A stretch of 58,648 nt of DNA, filler included, from Sphacelaria rigidula (GCA_964200075.2; 9 parts of 9 records of this genome joined end to end with filler, not necessarily neighbours in it); one strand, 5' to 3'. Positions 1 to 13,056 are shown, counted from the first letter of the whole stretch. The notes: generated by a model not told the origin, from the letters alone. Numbers and translations are program-made.

Positions 1-52
1 AACCGACGCCAACCCCATCGGGGGTCCGGGGGGGGGGGGGCGGGGGGGGGGA

Positions 53-120
53 AGCGTACTAATTTATTGCTTGACTTGGTCGTTTGACCATTGACCACGA
101 ATCCCTTTCGAGACGGAGCG
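53..120 (-). mobile_element. Short 3'-end fragment of a LINE (5'-truncated), abutting a G-tract
   Basis: Same sequence as the 3' end of the LINE at 14006-14863 (GTACTcATTTgTTGCTTG...TGACCAC..ATcCCTTTcGA.ACGG); preceded by the G-run at 28-51. Confidence 0.75.
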
Positions 121-1823
121 CGCGCGCGAGGGGCTTGGGGTATTCCGTGCTCGCACAGCGAGCGGACTTGCTGCGCTCGCCGAGGGTAGGCTTCGCCGAA
201 ATTTATGGAAAATTATCGTTATCGATCGCTGAAGAAGTCGATGTCGTATCGAAGTGCTAAGTGGTTCGATATCCAACACTACCTGACGTGCGTGTGCGAT
301 CACGACATTCCAACCGTCCTGGACCGCCGCAGCCACACAGGGTACCGGGGCACATGACGGCGTGTTGTTTGATACTGCGGTATTCCGATGACAGCAGACA
401 TGAATCCATCCGATGTACATGCGAAGAAGGGGTGACCATGGGAAACCGCACCAGCCGTGTGCGTATGCATGAGCTATTGTTCCACGGGAGATACTATGCT
501 GCTCGAAATGCAAAGGCTCACAAGTGTGGCGGCATAGCCAGTGAGCTACAAGATTACCAGTTTCAACAGTTTGTACGACATGAAAACATACTACAACTGT
601 TACCTGTAACGTACTGTACGGCACGAACAAGTGGCTGTGCTATACCGTGAGATACAGGAACGTTACGACTGCTACTGCTGTCTGTACAGGCCGTAAAACA
701 GACGATGGTGGTACTGTAGTAGTAGTGTCTACTACTGTACGTACTGTACAGTGCTATTGCTCTGCTGTTCTGTTGGTAAGTGGTACGATGCAACAACACC
801 ACTACTACTGTTTTTTCCGGATGATCTGTGCAGATAGCAGCGGCTGCACATACTACGAACTGTACTCTTGGTCTCTTGTAAAACGGGACCGGAGTATGAC
901 AGGGCAGTACCTCCCGAGAGCAAGCAGCTGCGAGATGAACCGTCATCAGCGTCTTTAGAGAGAGCATCCGTCAAATCGAGCGTGCGCAGTTCTAGGCCGC
1001 GAGCACAATGATTTTCAGGTTGCTCGCTGCGGCCAGCTCTGCAGTCATAACCAGTTTTCATCGGATGCATGTCAGCCTTTGGAACTGTTTCTGTGTATTT
1101 GTACTGAGGAGTGGGGTGAGTGTAAGACAGCTCATTTACGTGTGAGTGGTATCCTGCATATTATATCGATATAACTTTTGTCTGGACTTTTTGCTCAGGC
1201 GAAAGTCTACGGACTTTTGTCTGGTGTCGACGATTTTTCGTCTCTAGAAGACAAATAAGTATCGTCATGGACGCTTCGTACTCAATGAGAAGTGCTAATG
1301 AACAAACTCTGCACAAATGGTGCCGATTTGTTTGTTGTTCCGATGATTTTTGTTTTGCCGTAAGAAGCGGCCTTTGAACATGAAAGTTTCAAGAGGTGAT
1401 TCGCGAGGGACTCTCGCTGACGCATTCCATACTCGCCTTCTGTTGTCGACATATCACCAACCCAAATTCTTCTTTGGATTGGCAGTCGAACGATGATGGA
1501 TAAAATACAGTAGAAAGGTGAATCTGAAGCGTACCGGCGGGTTGCATGCGAACCACGCTAATTTTCACGTCCCAGCGCAAAACATTGAGCGGTGCGGGGC
1601 CTTATTGACGAATCATGGGTTTATTAGCCGGCCGAGCTTGTACCCCTGGGGAGCGGGAGTCAGCATATCAGCACCCCACATGTGGTTTTCGAAATTCCAA
1701 TTTTCAAATTGGTTGTTGTCTCAGGCTATTCCAGATTCGGCTATAGATTTCTGTGACAGAAAACACTCTCGTTTTTTTCGGAATCCTTTTAAAACACCAG
1801 CAGAACCTCTAAAAAAAACAGCA

Positions 1824-2068
1824 GAACCTTTCGGAAAACTGCTCGAAAGATGACCCCATTATCTTGACTACAGGGTGGTACACTCACAACCACAGAACTC
1901 TGCAGGGGTGTATGAACTGCAGAGTACTACTCTCAACACCAGACGGCGAACCTTTCGGAAAACTGCTCAAAAGATAACCCCATTATCTTGACTACAGGGT
2001 GGTACACTCAGAACCAGACAACTCTGCAGTGGTATTTGAACTGCAGAGTACTACTCTCAATACCAGAC
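1824..2068. repeat. Two-copy tandem duplication, ~124 bp unit
   Basis: GAACCTTTCGGAAAACTGCTC...CTCTCAAcACCAGAC starts at 1824 and again at 1948. Confidence 0.85.
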
Positions 2069-2239
2069 AAGGCAGTTATGCCGTGCTTTCGGGTCGCTCG
2101 TGACGGACTGTATTCAAATGCAAAAACTTGTGACCCAGATCTGCACGTTGAAGAGATGCGGCGGAGTAATACACTCAACAGAAAACAACACATATGTTCT
2201 GCAGCATCACGAGAAATCACGCGCCGTTCTAATCGCGTT

Positions 2240-2517
2240 CCGCACGAGAAGGAGAAAAAGCAACAGCAGCAGTATCAGCAGCATCTTTACTGCCAGTAAA
2301 TGTACGCGGCTGGGGGTGGGTCTAAATCAGCCGGTGCCGATTCGTGCGTGTGTCAGCGCTGTCCAGCACGGTGGCCATCACTCGTAAGGTGCCCGGGTGT
2401 TGTCGCCCGGTCGAAACGCGGACCGTCTACAATCAAGAGCAGCGGCAGCAGCATCAGCAGCATCGGCGCCGGTTGATTCAGACCCACCCCAAGCCACGTA
2501 CATTTACTGGCAACGAA

Positions 2518-2554
<37 letters not shown>

Positions 2555-2575
2555 ACTTGCTGCTTTTCGTGCAGA
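2240..2575. repeat. Imperfect inverted repeat (arms ~80-100 bp, loop ~120 bp)
   Basis: 2262-2341 is the reverse complement of ~2463-2545 (CGGCaCCGGcTGATTcAGACCCACCCC.AG...TACATTTACTGGCA...(GCT)n). Confidence 0.75.
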
Positions 2576-5469
2576 TGGTCCACGGCACTTGACAGCCCCC
2601 CGCATACAAACAAGATCCAGAGGACCTTTCTGCACTGGAGCCCTGACATGAAGTAGCCGCCAGCTTTGTCTTTCTTCTTTCAACTCTCCCTCTATAGTTC
2701 GACACTTTGAAGGATACTTGCCATGTGCATTCACTGTAGTTACGATGGTGTGTAGCGGCCACAACAGCCGCTGTTCGTGCTCTTGTCTTATTATCTTCGC
2801 AATGACGGTAAACGTGGGGTGGCAGCTCGGGGGCGTGTGCTTCCCGACTGGTACAAAGGGAGGAGACTCGCTAGTGCAACAAGATTGTCCATTTACTGAT
2901 GTGGAGCGAGCTTTCCGGAGGAACAAAATCACCTAAACACCGACCACTTCCAGACTTGGATAAATGCGCAAAGAGTATATCCACCTACCGGGACCCACAT
3001 TTTTTTATTCAGCTGCCCGTCACGCATGTTTTCAAACAAGGTGAAGCCTTCACGCGTAGTACGGGAGTGCAGGCAGTACACAGCAGTAACACACACACAG
3101 TAAACAAAGTGAAGCTTTCACGTGTAGTACCTGTCATATCCTCTGCATCTGCATCCACTGCCATGGACGTGCATCTGAATGTGACCTCGAACCCTACAGG
3201 GAAGACGGTATAGTACTGTACTGTATTGGCAAAGCACAGCTACCTACTGTGCTCGCAAGTACAGCCCGTGCTTGTAACCTGGCAGAGTACAGCCTTCACT
3301 CGGAAATGGAGTAGTACAAGATAACAGGTACAGGCTACAGCTGTGCCGTGTTTGCGAAGCATAGCCTATACTTGTAATGTCGCACTGTTCGCAAAATCCA
3401 CGGCCTGTATTGTGAATACTCTTGCCTGCTGCAACACCCTGGCACTTCATGTACTACCGTTTTACCGTAAAGTCTATATCGTACAGTATGTTTTGTGCCC
3501 ATCATCTCGAGAAAAACAATCTCATCCACGGCACCACCGGATGATGGAAGATCAAAGTGGGTGTTTTCCGTCGTGCTCAACATTGACTCGTGCTGGCTGG
3601 ACTTCGATACTCCGTCGGTCCTCTTTGTGCTTGCCTCTGCTGTATGCTGGTCGCCCCGGTGGCTCAGTTTGTAACCTCGAAACCTTCTAACCTTCTATGC
3701 GTGTAGCTGTGCTCATGTGAACTATGTGCGTGCTGTTCACCTGCCCGCTGAGCGGGTTTGTAAAGGTGGCGGGTTTGTAAAGGTGGCGCTCTCAAATTCA
3801 AAAACTTGGCTCTGGTTTTGCTCGTAACCAGAACACACTTTGTCTGAAAACATCCGTAATGGGCAGCTGATTAAGAGAATGTGGGCTCCCGAATTGGAAG
3901 AAAACAACGCGGGATCGGTCATGATAAAAGGTCACAGTGGAAATAAGGATCCAGCTACATAGGTGGATATGCTTTTTGCGTGAATAAATGTACTAAAAAT
4001 ATAGTTCATTTCCGGCCGGAGTGTATCTGCCTGTACCATAGAACCAGTTCCATACTACGTTTGAGCAGACCCGCCAGTCTGAAAACGAACACATTTTTGA
4101 ATTCATCTACCACCCCCAATAGTGACGAAGCATCATAATGCGAACAGACCACGACATATACACGCGCAGTACTACATGCACATGCCGTCGACGCAGTCGT
4201 TGGCGTTCCCCCCGACGCGTCCGACACTCTCTCTTGAGGCGTAGAGTACTCCTTGATCTCGGTTGTGTAACTCATCTGGGCGGGCGCCCACTACGTCACG
4301 CAGTTTCGAGTGCAGTGGAGATGGCTCAAGTACGATTGCACTACTGGGGGTGGCACTAGCGCGTTTGCCTCGTTCGATGCCCACTGGCATCCCGGGAGGT
4401 ACGTGTTATACGTGTACGTCAAGACGGATCTACAAGGAGTGGCCAGGGATAGATCGAGAGAACCTAGCGGGAACTTGCCGAGCGACAATTCTGGTCTCAG
4501 CTCCGCCTTTCTGCGCACCCTTGCACATGTGGAGGGACGTCACTCGGACAACAACGATAATGTCTGGAACTTGCGTGGTGCGATGCGCGAAAGAATTGTC
4601 ATCGTCAATCTATGGCCCCTGCTTTCTTTCCATCCCTTCTTCTGCTTGTATGCCGTTCTTGCTTTTCTTCATTGAGGGCGTCTGTCTCTTCTGTCCCTTT
4701 CCCATTCCATTCCAATGCGAGAAAAGATAGAAAAGTTGGAAGTGTGATGCGAAGCAGAGTTATCTATTTTTTATTCGTTGTGCCTTGAAATACGCGGTGT
4801 TTAGCCAACCAGAAGGCACTGTTGCGCTTTTTGTGCAGGCACCAGGGGGTGCAATATGCAATCCAGCAGTTGATGACGCGGGCTGTCGCGTTGATGTCTG
4901 AGACGGTACAAGCTAGGCCGGCCAAGAATTCCTATTGAGGGGGAAACAGTCTTACCCTGCTTAACCTTGGGAGTTGAGAGCTGATTTCCTAACTAGAGAT
5001 TCATGTCATCAGTATGCTGAAATTGAAAATAGCAATCGAGAACAAAAAATCAAAACGTGAGAGTCACGAGCCATGTGAACTCTCTGAAAAATAAAATGAA
5101 ATGCCATAACTCGATGAGGAAGAAGAACCCTGCTTGCTCCCATGAAACAACTCCAATTTTCAAATTGGTCGTTGTCTCAGGCCATTTCAGATTTGGCATT
5201 GGAATTTCTGTGACAGAAAACTGTTTCGCTTTTTTCAATAAATATTTAGAACCAATCAGATTTTTTTTTAAAACAAGCAGAACTTTTAAAAACGAATTCG
5301 GAACTTTTTAAACATCTGCCCAAAAATTCACCCCTCCCACATACTTTTCCGTAAAGTTGAAAAAACAGGAGTCCTACAATATATGTAGCACAGTACAGAG
5401 TAGATGCGCACAGCTATATCTCCCAGAACTTCGCCGAGTAAGCAAACATGGACCCATCTCGGGTAGCAC

Positions 5470-6198
5470 GTACCAGCGCTGTCCAGCACGGTGGCCATCA
5501 CTCGCAAGGTGCGTGGGTGTTGTCGCAAGGTCGAAATGCGGACCTGGTGCAGATTCAGGGCCACGCCCGGTGGACCGTCGACGATCAAGAGCAGCAGCAG
5601 CAGCAGGTTTGGCACCGGCTGATTCAGACCCACCCCCAGCCGCGTACATTCACTGGCAATAAATATGCTGCTGCTGCTGCTACTACTTCTCATCATACGG
5701 GAGGCGGTCTGCGTTTCGACGTGCGACAATACCCATGCACCTGTCGCGTTGTTGCCTCCCCCTATTTGAAAATGACTCTGATTTGTGTCCGTGTTGTTAC
5801 CCCCATATCATTTTCAGTACGACTACATATCACTTGTTTTCCCATGTACTGGACGCTGACTTTATTCCCATCAACAGCAGTAGCCACGCGTACGAGACAC
5901 ACCCAACGTGCACGGTTCGCACAGAGAGATGCCCACAGCTATATCTCCCAGCACTTAGCCTAGTGGGGAAGCATATAGACTCATCAGCGGGTAGTACGGA
6001 CTAGCGCCTTTCGGCACGGTGGCTATCACGCGCAAGGTGCGTGGGCGTTGTAGCACGATCGAAACGCGGACCGTCTCTCCCATGAGGAAAAACGGCAGCA
6101 GCAACAGCAGTAGCAGCAGGATCGGCACCGGCTGATTCAGACCCACCCCCAGTGGTGTACATCTACTGGCAGGAAAGATGCTGCTGATACTGCTGCCA
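5470..6198 (+). repeat. Two further direct copies of the repeat module seen at 2355-2550
   Basis: GCACGGTGGCcATCAC.CGcAAGGTGC...GGCACCGGCTGATTCAGACCCACCCCCAG at ~5470-5680 and ~6010-6198. Confidence 0.7.
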
Positions 6199-6428
6199 TC
6201 GGTTCTTCTCCTTGTTGGGTGTCGATGCAAGGCACATGAGACGTGCTAATCGCAGCACATTTCTAGTTTTTGAACACTGTCGGTACAATGGATACATGCC
6301 AATCACACTGCCTAAACCCTCAGTACATCGTGGAACAATGCGGGTAAACGTACTAAACAGTGTTTTCGTGAGATTGAGAGTAGATGATACGATTGAGAGT
6401 GGCTTTGATCATTCGCTTTAAGTGAGCC

Positions 6429-6528
6429 NNNNNNNNNNNNNNNNNNNNNNNNNNNNNNNNNNNNNNNNNNNNTTAATTAATTAANNNNNNNNNNNNNNNN
6501 NNNNNNNNNNNNNNNNNNNNNNNNNNNN
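6429..6528. other. Artificial assembly linker (N44-TTAATTAATTAA-N44)
   Basis: Identical 100-bp spacer with stops in all six frames. Confidence 0.98.
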
Positions 6529-6731
6529 CCCCACCCCCCCCCCCCCCCCCCCCCCCCCGAGCCCCCCCCCCCCCCCCCCCGAGCACTGGAAACACCCGGA
6601 TGTCTCGGGACTGTGCGCCTATACAACTGTTCCGAGGCGACCCTCGTCGTCTAAGGGTTATACAAATATGCGGCATATTTATCAATGTACAGTACAGTTT
6701 GCATTGATTTGTATATACTGGCTCACCATTA

Positions 6732-6969
6732 GAGTGATGCTGCGATAGGGTCTACGCTTTTGCGGCCTGAGAGGAAATCGGGATTTAGGCATGTCGAATC
6801 ACCTTTGACTCTCACCACAGTTCTTAGAGCCTCAGGGTGGGACATGCATCCATGACCCATGAGATATTTCCAGTCGGAGGTTCGGGCGGAGGTCACAATG
6901 TTCTCAGATATTGAATTTTCTCAGGCCGGTTTTGGCCCCAAAACTGCAGACCCTATCGCAGCATCACTC
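6732..6969. mobile_element. MITE, 238 bp, 22-bp TIR, 4-bp TSD ATTA (Sola-like termini)
   Basis: TIR GAGTGATGCTGCGATAGGGTCT at both ends; ATTA at 6728-6731 and 6970-6973. Confidence 0.9.
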
Positions 6970-9900
6970 ATTATCGCACAGCAAAACGGTTTCCAGCACA
7001 AGGGGTGATCAGTTCATCGCAGAAGAGCTCATCCTGAATCTCAGGGTGTCTTGTTTACAGCTTCAGGCGATGGTATTTCTCTTTTGTAGTGGTGGTTTTG
7101 ATAGCCTCATCAATACATTCACATAAGCTCTTAGCTCGTTTTTGCTCACGTAGAGAGAGAGTAAAACCAAGGGTCGCGCCGGGTCATCCAACCACGGCGC
7201 GCACGGAGGCGTGTCTGTAACCGTTACAAACGGACACCCTCCCTCTTCTCTAGTTGGGATACCCGTAGGTCACATCAACTAGCCCTCCGAGTCCGTCAGT
7301 CGAATAGCTGGGCTCATCCTCGTATTACCCCTCCACCAGTAAGCCGCGATCCACAACAGTACTGTAGTACCTCCGAAGACGTCACGCTGCGGTTGGTACG
7401 CAGTGTCGACACAGCAGCAATCATAATATTTTATGTACAGTAGTACCGTGCTTGTATATAGATATGTGCTCTGAAGACCTATGCGCACACACAAAGCAAC
7501 TACTATTGCCATTATCCATCGATCAAGGGGGTACCCTTCCCCCCCCCTCCTCAAATAGGGTACCCAGCCCCCCCCCCCTCCCCTCCTACGGCCCTAGAAT
7601 GAGGTTTGGGCGACCTGGGGCTTGCCTGGGGGGTGGTGGTCGGCCCAGCGTGCCGCTGCGTGGCGCTCGACGTTGTCTCCTGTCTGCCCGAGAAACAGTA
7701 GTTTGTCACTTAAACTTTATGGCATGCCGGGCAGCAAGTCCTGTACGTGTACTTGAAGACAGGAATGGTAGTAGCTGGAACTGGTGCGTTACGACCTAGC
7801 GGGAATTTGCCGGGAAACGGCTGGCGTTTCAGCACCGGCTTGCTTCGAGCCCTTGCGATTGTAGGGCGACGGCGATAACACGAACACGATTCATGCTTAA
7901 ATACAACTTTACGCTTCCGTGCAACGACACATCACCATACCCCGGGTGCGTGCGGCAGACAGTCGTTTAATAGAGTAGAAGGGCCCAGCCGAGACCACTC
8001 CGGTTCGACCGCCGAACTCCGAGCCGCAACGTCACAAGCACCTGAACCAATTGAAATTGGGAGCGCCCTGGACTCACGGCAATCTATTTCCCAAAGTGTT
8101 CGCAAAGTGAATTTGTTTTTTGCTGCGGGTAAAAATTCGAATAACCGGTTTTTTTAGACTTCATTTTTGCGACTCCATTTTCGCGACATATTTTTTCGTA
8201 GATTTTCCACTATATAACCCCTATTGATTACGTTTGGGGGGGGGAACCTTTGTCAAATAGACACCAAACGCATCCTGCTCCAAGGGGCACCTGGACACAC
8301 AGCAGTTAGTTGCTGCTGCCTACGTAGTATCATCCTCCAAATCGAAGTCTTGAGTGAAAATGCCCAGCGTGCAGCTGCTGGACGCGACCACTGCGTTCTG
8401 CCGCGGACCCTTCCGCACGTACCCGACAAGGGGGGCAACATCCCCGTACAGACAGTAGTAATGCTAGCGGATCCAAGGTCCTGACAGTCTGGCAGCCCGC
8501 GAGGTGTTTGGTTATGGTAGGGTCCTTCTAGCGATATCAACTTCCAGTGCACTCGAGGAGAGTTTGCAGGTGAATATTTCGGCGATTGCCTCACCTGCAG
8601 CTTGGATTTTGTTTATTCGCGGAAAATGAAAAGAAGTACAGATCGCTCGTGTGCTGCTATTGCACTCGGTAACAGCGCTTGGCAACAGCTTGTTGGCAGC
8701 ACGGGCGCTAGCTGAGCAAGGTGTTGCAGTCGGCAGCATGCTGTAGCTTCACATGATCGATGGTGCGTGGGTGTGTGCATCGCTGGGCGAGAAGGAGAAA
8801 CGATCCGCGGGCGAGAAAACGCGAGCGATGCTCTTTCCGTCTGGATTTGTTTTCGTCGCGTTTACGCGACATCGTGTGAGGAAGGCGTACCGCTAGAGTA
8901 GTCAGAGACCTATGAGGGGAGACTGCCGTCCTGATGCCGAAGGAACTCCGAGGCTGGCGATGATTTCCTCTCGTATATGTAGGGAAGAAGTGGAGTCAGA
9001 CTAGGAGTGGTCGCCAGGGGCGACCAGGACCTCGGGGGATGTTGGACCGTCCTAATATTAGGCTGTTCCTGGCATCTATAGACTTCTGTCACTCAAGATC
9101 AGATTGCCATGTGGACTCCTCCCATCACGGGCACATGGACTTCAGCAGCTTTAGTTATTCATATATTAACCCTCAGCATAGTACAGGAGAACAGAACCAT
9201 AGCCTCTCCCCATCAGAGTAGCAAAACCAAGCGTACTCGTCATAGAGGTCACCATCACAGAGTCCGGCAATGAGACCCGCAACTCCACCTATAATGTCCC
9301 TGACCTTAGGTAACAATGATGGCTAGGATCTACAGCACCCCCAAAGCTCTCAACTACCAACAAGTAGTTACATCAGAGCTTGACAAACTCAGACACCATT
9401 GGTGCCTGATAGTGCCGTCGGTTTCCGCACAGAATAGCAATTTCTTCCGCTGTTTTCTACAACAGCTCCATACAAGCTTGCCCTACTTCCGAACAACTGG
9501 CAAGAGATCCCAAGAAATATCGTCCGTCATGAACATACAATCACGCTACTTGCACCACTTCGAGTTACAAAGCGATAGCTAGCGCCAAATTTTCAAATCT
9601 TTGCCCAATACAAGTCTCTTGACTCTTCATCGGCACGAAACCGGAAATGTCAGCAAACGTCAAATTCCACTCATTCGTGACTCATCGTCCCTCTCATCCG
9701 AGACAAGGTACTTCTCAACATACAAAATGCACTTTTTGTACGTTCAACACCTGCGCGATGGAGTGCAACAGTCAGATGATACATCATCCTCACACTAGAA
9801 GGAAATAAGCACCCAACACGTCTAAAACGCACCTGGCATCTTGCTTCTGCAACACCGTGAAACGTATGTATCGCATGCCTCCCCGCCGCCAAAGCTTCAA

Positions 9901-11684
9901 TGCTTCAACTTGCCATCGTTTCATCAAGACAGTCGAAGGAAAGTCATGACTCAAACCGCTATTCAAGTCATGCATACTAATCCAAGGACGACGAACGGAC
10001 CTCGACCTCCGCCATTGTTGATCAACTCTCGTGATCTCGCTTTCGAACTCTTGTTTTCGAGCAAACCCTAAATATATCTATATCTCGTTTGGATCCTGAA
10101 CCGTCATATCCCATCCGTACATCAGTCAAAATGTAGAAATAATGAATTCCTCGACACTCTTGCAGTCCACCTGCACCAGTTTTTCGAACAAATGGACGCA
10201 TGATCTACATCCTCCTTCTGACATGAACCAAAAACCAACCACGTGCTCGGTCAAACACGTGACAATCCATACAAAAACGTGCCACGGTCAAAGATCATTG
10301 ATGCATGCGCGCATAATGTCTTTATCTTCAGCCACCGCAAGCACTTCGTCACACCTGCTCACATACGACGAGCCTACGCATTTCGTATTCTTCAGCTTAT
10401 TTTCACGCAAACAGCAGCAATCCATATATCCTGCAGTCAGTAGGTGCAAACCGCACAAATATGATTCGACTGTGTTCCTGCGCGAACAAGATTGTACGAG
10501 CTTCTCTTTATTTAGCATACAGCAGTATATTGAAAACTGCCCCACCCTAGGTCGTCACCAGATACCGTTCATATCAGTACCATTCGAGCAAAAATTCGCA
10601 CATGCCTGCCAAATTTCCACTCAGCATATGAAAATCCGCACGTGCATGCCAATATTGCACTTAGCACATGCAATGCCACTGTCCCCGCAGCAAACACCAT
10701 GCATCATCCGTGCCAACCAGATCAGTGCAACACACACATGCCAAATACCCCCGTGTACGCCAGAGTTTTACCCTGCACACGCGATACGATCATACTCGCT
10801 CAACAACCATGTTTCATGCGCAAGCATGACCACAAACCACACAGTAACAAGCTGAAATCATTCTCGAAACGATTCGCGAATACCAGTCATAATGCGTTTC
10901 CTCATTCTCAACAAGCACTCAATCGCCACAGCACTTGCTCCTCAACATCAGTACCCAACTCGGCGCTCACCACAACAGCAAACACCTCAGGTAATTCCTT
11001 CTTTGTAGTCCTCCAGCCCGCTTCTGAGAAACAGCAGCACTCGAACCACAACCCCGTGCTCAGCGTAGAGCAGCCTTTCCTCTCGGACACTCCCACCTTG
11101 CACCTTCGGTCTAGCTACACCTGGCACCCCCTTGGTGTAGCTCAACACGCCTCTAAACGGTATATTCGCACCGCCAAAACAATGCGACAGATCATCTGCC
11201 TCCACAGATACTTGGGCAGTCCTGAACACCTGTATTTCAGTCATTTTTACAGAGGAAATCAGAGGCGAAACGGGAACAGCTACACAGTCCCGAACAGCAA
11301 CCCCTCCTGATGGCACACTATCCTCCTCAAACATCCCGCGGCGAAACAGTGGAGACACCTCCGCCATCGCCGCCAAATACGCCAAAGCTGTCCATGTAAA
11401 GAGCAGTGCACACGACCATCCCAACACCACGCGACGCTCGTCGTCGCCGTCAGAATCGTGATCGCTAACAGCATCACGAGCTTGCAGCTCGCTCTGCGTA
11501 CCCGCTTTACGCGGGTCACACGCCCCTGTTGTTCCGATCATGTAAGGCGTGTCCACAGCTACGCGCTGTTCCGGCGGCAATTCCGCCAACCCAGCATCCA
11601 CCTGGACTTCAAGCAGATACCCCTGCGAATCATCTAACGATCTCCCGCCATGTCACTGGCGCAGATGGATTCACCCTGAGAATC

Positions 11685-12635
11685 TCAAGCCCCAAGCTTG
11701 CTTTGCTCACTCTCATGACGAAGATAATACCTCCTTGCAGCGGTGAGCATGCAAGGTGTGTCCCCAATCACGCTCTGGTCCGGCGGCCACAAGCAACCTG
11801 GACCTTTGTCGCTCAGCGCTAGCTCATCGCAGCAACTTGGCTTCGCGCTTCCAACAGCAGCGGCAGCAGCGGATGGATCAAGTATTCCCGCTTCAACCAC
11901 CACCTCCTGCCCAGCGCACTCCTGAACGGCCGCAGCGGCAGCTGAGCTGCCTGCAGTCCGCTCAAGCTGCGCGGCATGTTCGCCCTCTCGAACAGCAATA
12001 CGAGCAGCATCCGAACCAATGCTCACCGTGGTACTGTCGGCAGGCGCGCTCTCATGCCTACCCGTTTTCACAGACACGTGCTGCGTCTCCTTCCCGCTCT
12101 GCACAGGGCAAACAGCTGCCCTGTATCGTTGTTTCAAACGCGCAGCACCTACTGCACGTTCGGCGGGTGCACTGTCGGGCCTGTTCCCTCGGGCAGACAC
12201 ATGTTTCCCGGCTGTCACAGGGGAAACAGCTGCCCTGTATCGTTGCTTCAAACGCGCAGCACCTACTGCACGTTCCGCGGGTGCACTGTCGCGCCTGTCC
12301 CCTCGGGAAGACACATGCTTCTCGGGTGTCACAGGGCAAGCAGCTCCACCGGACGGCGCATTCTTGCGCAACGCGAAAAGCAACTGCTCGTCCTCAACAT
12401 CATACTCATGATTCAAGAACGTGTCACACAGACATATCACAAAATGTTTCGGCATGAGCTCAGAAACTGCTGCCACCTCGAAGAGGTTTGTCCACCGCGC
12501 GTTCACCTGCTCTACATATCGCAAATATTGCTCGTATTTGCGTAAAAACTCGGCCGATTTCTCGCTCGAAAACTTGCGGCCGTAGTACGGCATCTCCACC
12601 CAGTACAGGAACAACACGACCATCGACGATGGCAT
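11685..12635 (-). CDS. Gag-like ORF of the retroelement (316 aa) with internal 38-aa repeats
   Basis: N-terminus (AEFLRKYEQYLRYVEQVNA...VAAVSELMP...EQLLFALRKNA) resembles gypsy-type Gag N-termini as I recall them; intronless ORF in a TE context. Confidence 0.45.
   Translation of the reverse strand: MPSSMVVLFLYWVEMPYYGRKFSSEKSAEFLRKYEQYLRYVEQVNARWTNLFEVAAVSELMPKHFVICLCDTFLNHEYDVEDEQLLFALRKNAPSGGAACPVTPEKHVSSRGDRRDSAPAERAVGAARLKQRYRAAVSPVTAGKHVSARGNRPDSAPAERAVGAARLKQRYRAAVCPVQSGKETQHVSVKTGRHESAPADSTTVSIGSDAARIAVREGEHAAQLERTAGSSAAAAAVQECAGQEVVVEAGILDPSAAAAAVGSAKPSCCDELALSDKGPGCLWPPDQSVIGDTPCMLTAARRYYLRHESEQSKLGA
12030..12347 (-). repeat. In-frame 114-bp tandem repeat (~2.7 copies) inside the gag-like ORF
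   Basis: ACAGGG.AA.CAGCT.CC at ~12103, ~12217 and ~12331; encodes HVS.RG.R.DSAPAERAVGAARLKQRYRAAV.PV. Confidence 0.85.
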
Positions 12636-12956
12636 ATTCCTGCGCCTCGTACATTTCAGTCAGCAGTACAGTACTCCACACGCCTTTTTGAAAAACGAAG
12701 TCGCCTCCCACTCACAGGAACAACAACTCTCTCCTTACACCGAGACGCGCTGTACCACCTTACAAAGACAATGGCCACAGCACCTGTTCCTCACGCAGGA
12801 CTCACTACGTGTTTGAAGTCCTTAGACTCCTCTTCCTGGCCGTACCTGGCCAAGCGTGGAACAAGCAACTCTCGCTGGCTCCACTAGGCAGTACGTTAAT
12901 CGCGCACGTTTTTTTTTCAAGTTTTTTTTTAACGCGCACGGGCTCGCCAGCTGTCG

Positions 12957-13056
12957 NNNNNNNNNNNNNNNNNNNNNNNNNNNNNNNNNNNNNNNNNNNN
13001 TTAATTAATTAANNNNNNNNNNNNNNNNNNNNNNNNNNNNNNNNNNNNNNNNNNNN
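12957..13056. other. Artificial assembly linker
   Basis: N44-TTAATTAATTAA-N44. Confidence 0.98.

Larger units (their letters stand above)
9060..12800 (-). mobile_element. Degenerate Ty3/gypsy-like LTR retroelement (boundaries approximate)
   Basis: Gag-like ORF 11685-12635; downstream decayed ORF 10987-11601; minus-strand GGGGGTGC then TGTA at 9334 resembles a PPT/3'-LTR junction; no matching LTR pair confirmed. Confidence 0.45.

Noticed and set aside
8911..9244. Solo LTR bounded by TATGA...TCATA
   Set aside because: No TSD and no second copy; a PPT-like junction at 9334 suggests a different boundary
10142..11310. Plus-strand ORFs of 237 and 222 aa
   Set aside because: Compositionally biased antisense frames of the decayed retroelement, with no recognisable motifs
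12030..12347. Relationship between this 114-bp repeat and the 114-bp EsV-1-7 repeat
   Set aside because: Same period but no sequence similarity or Cys/His pattern
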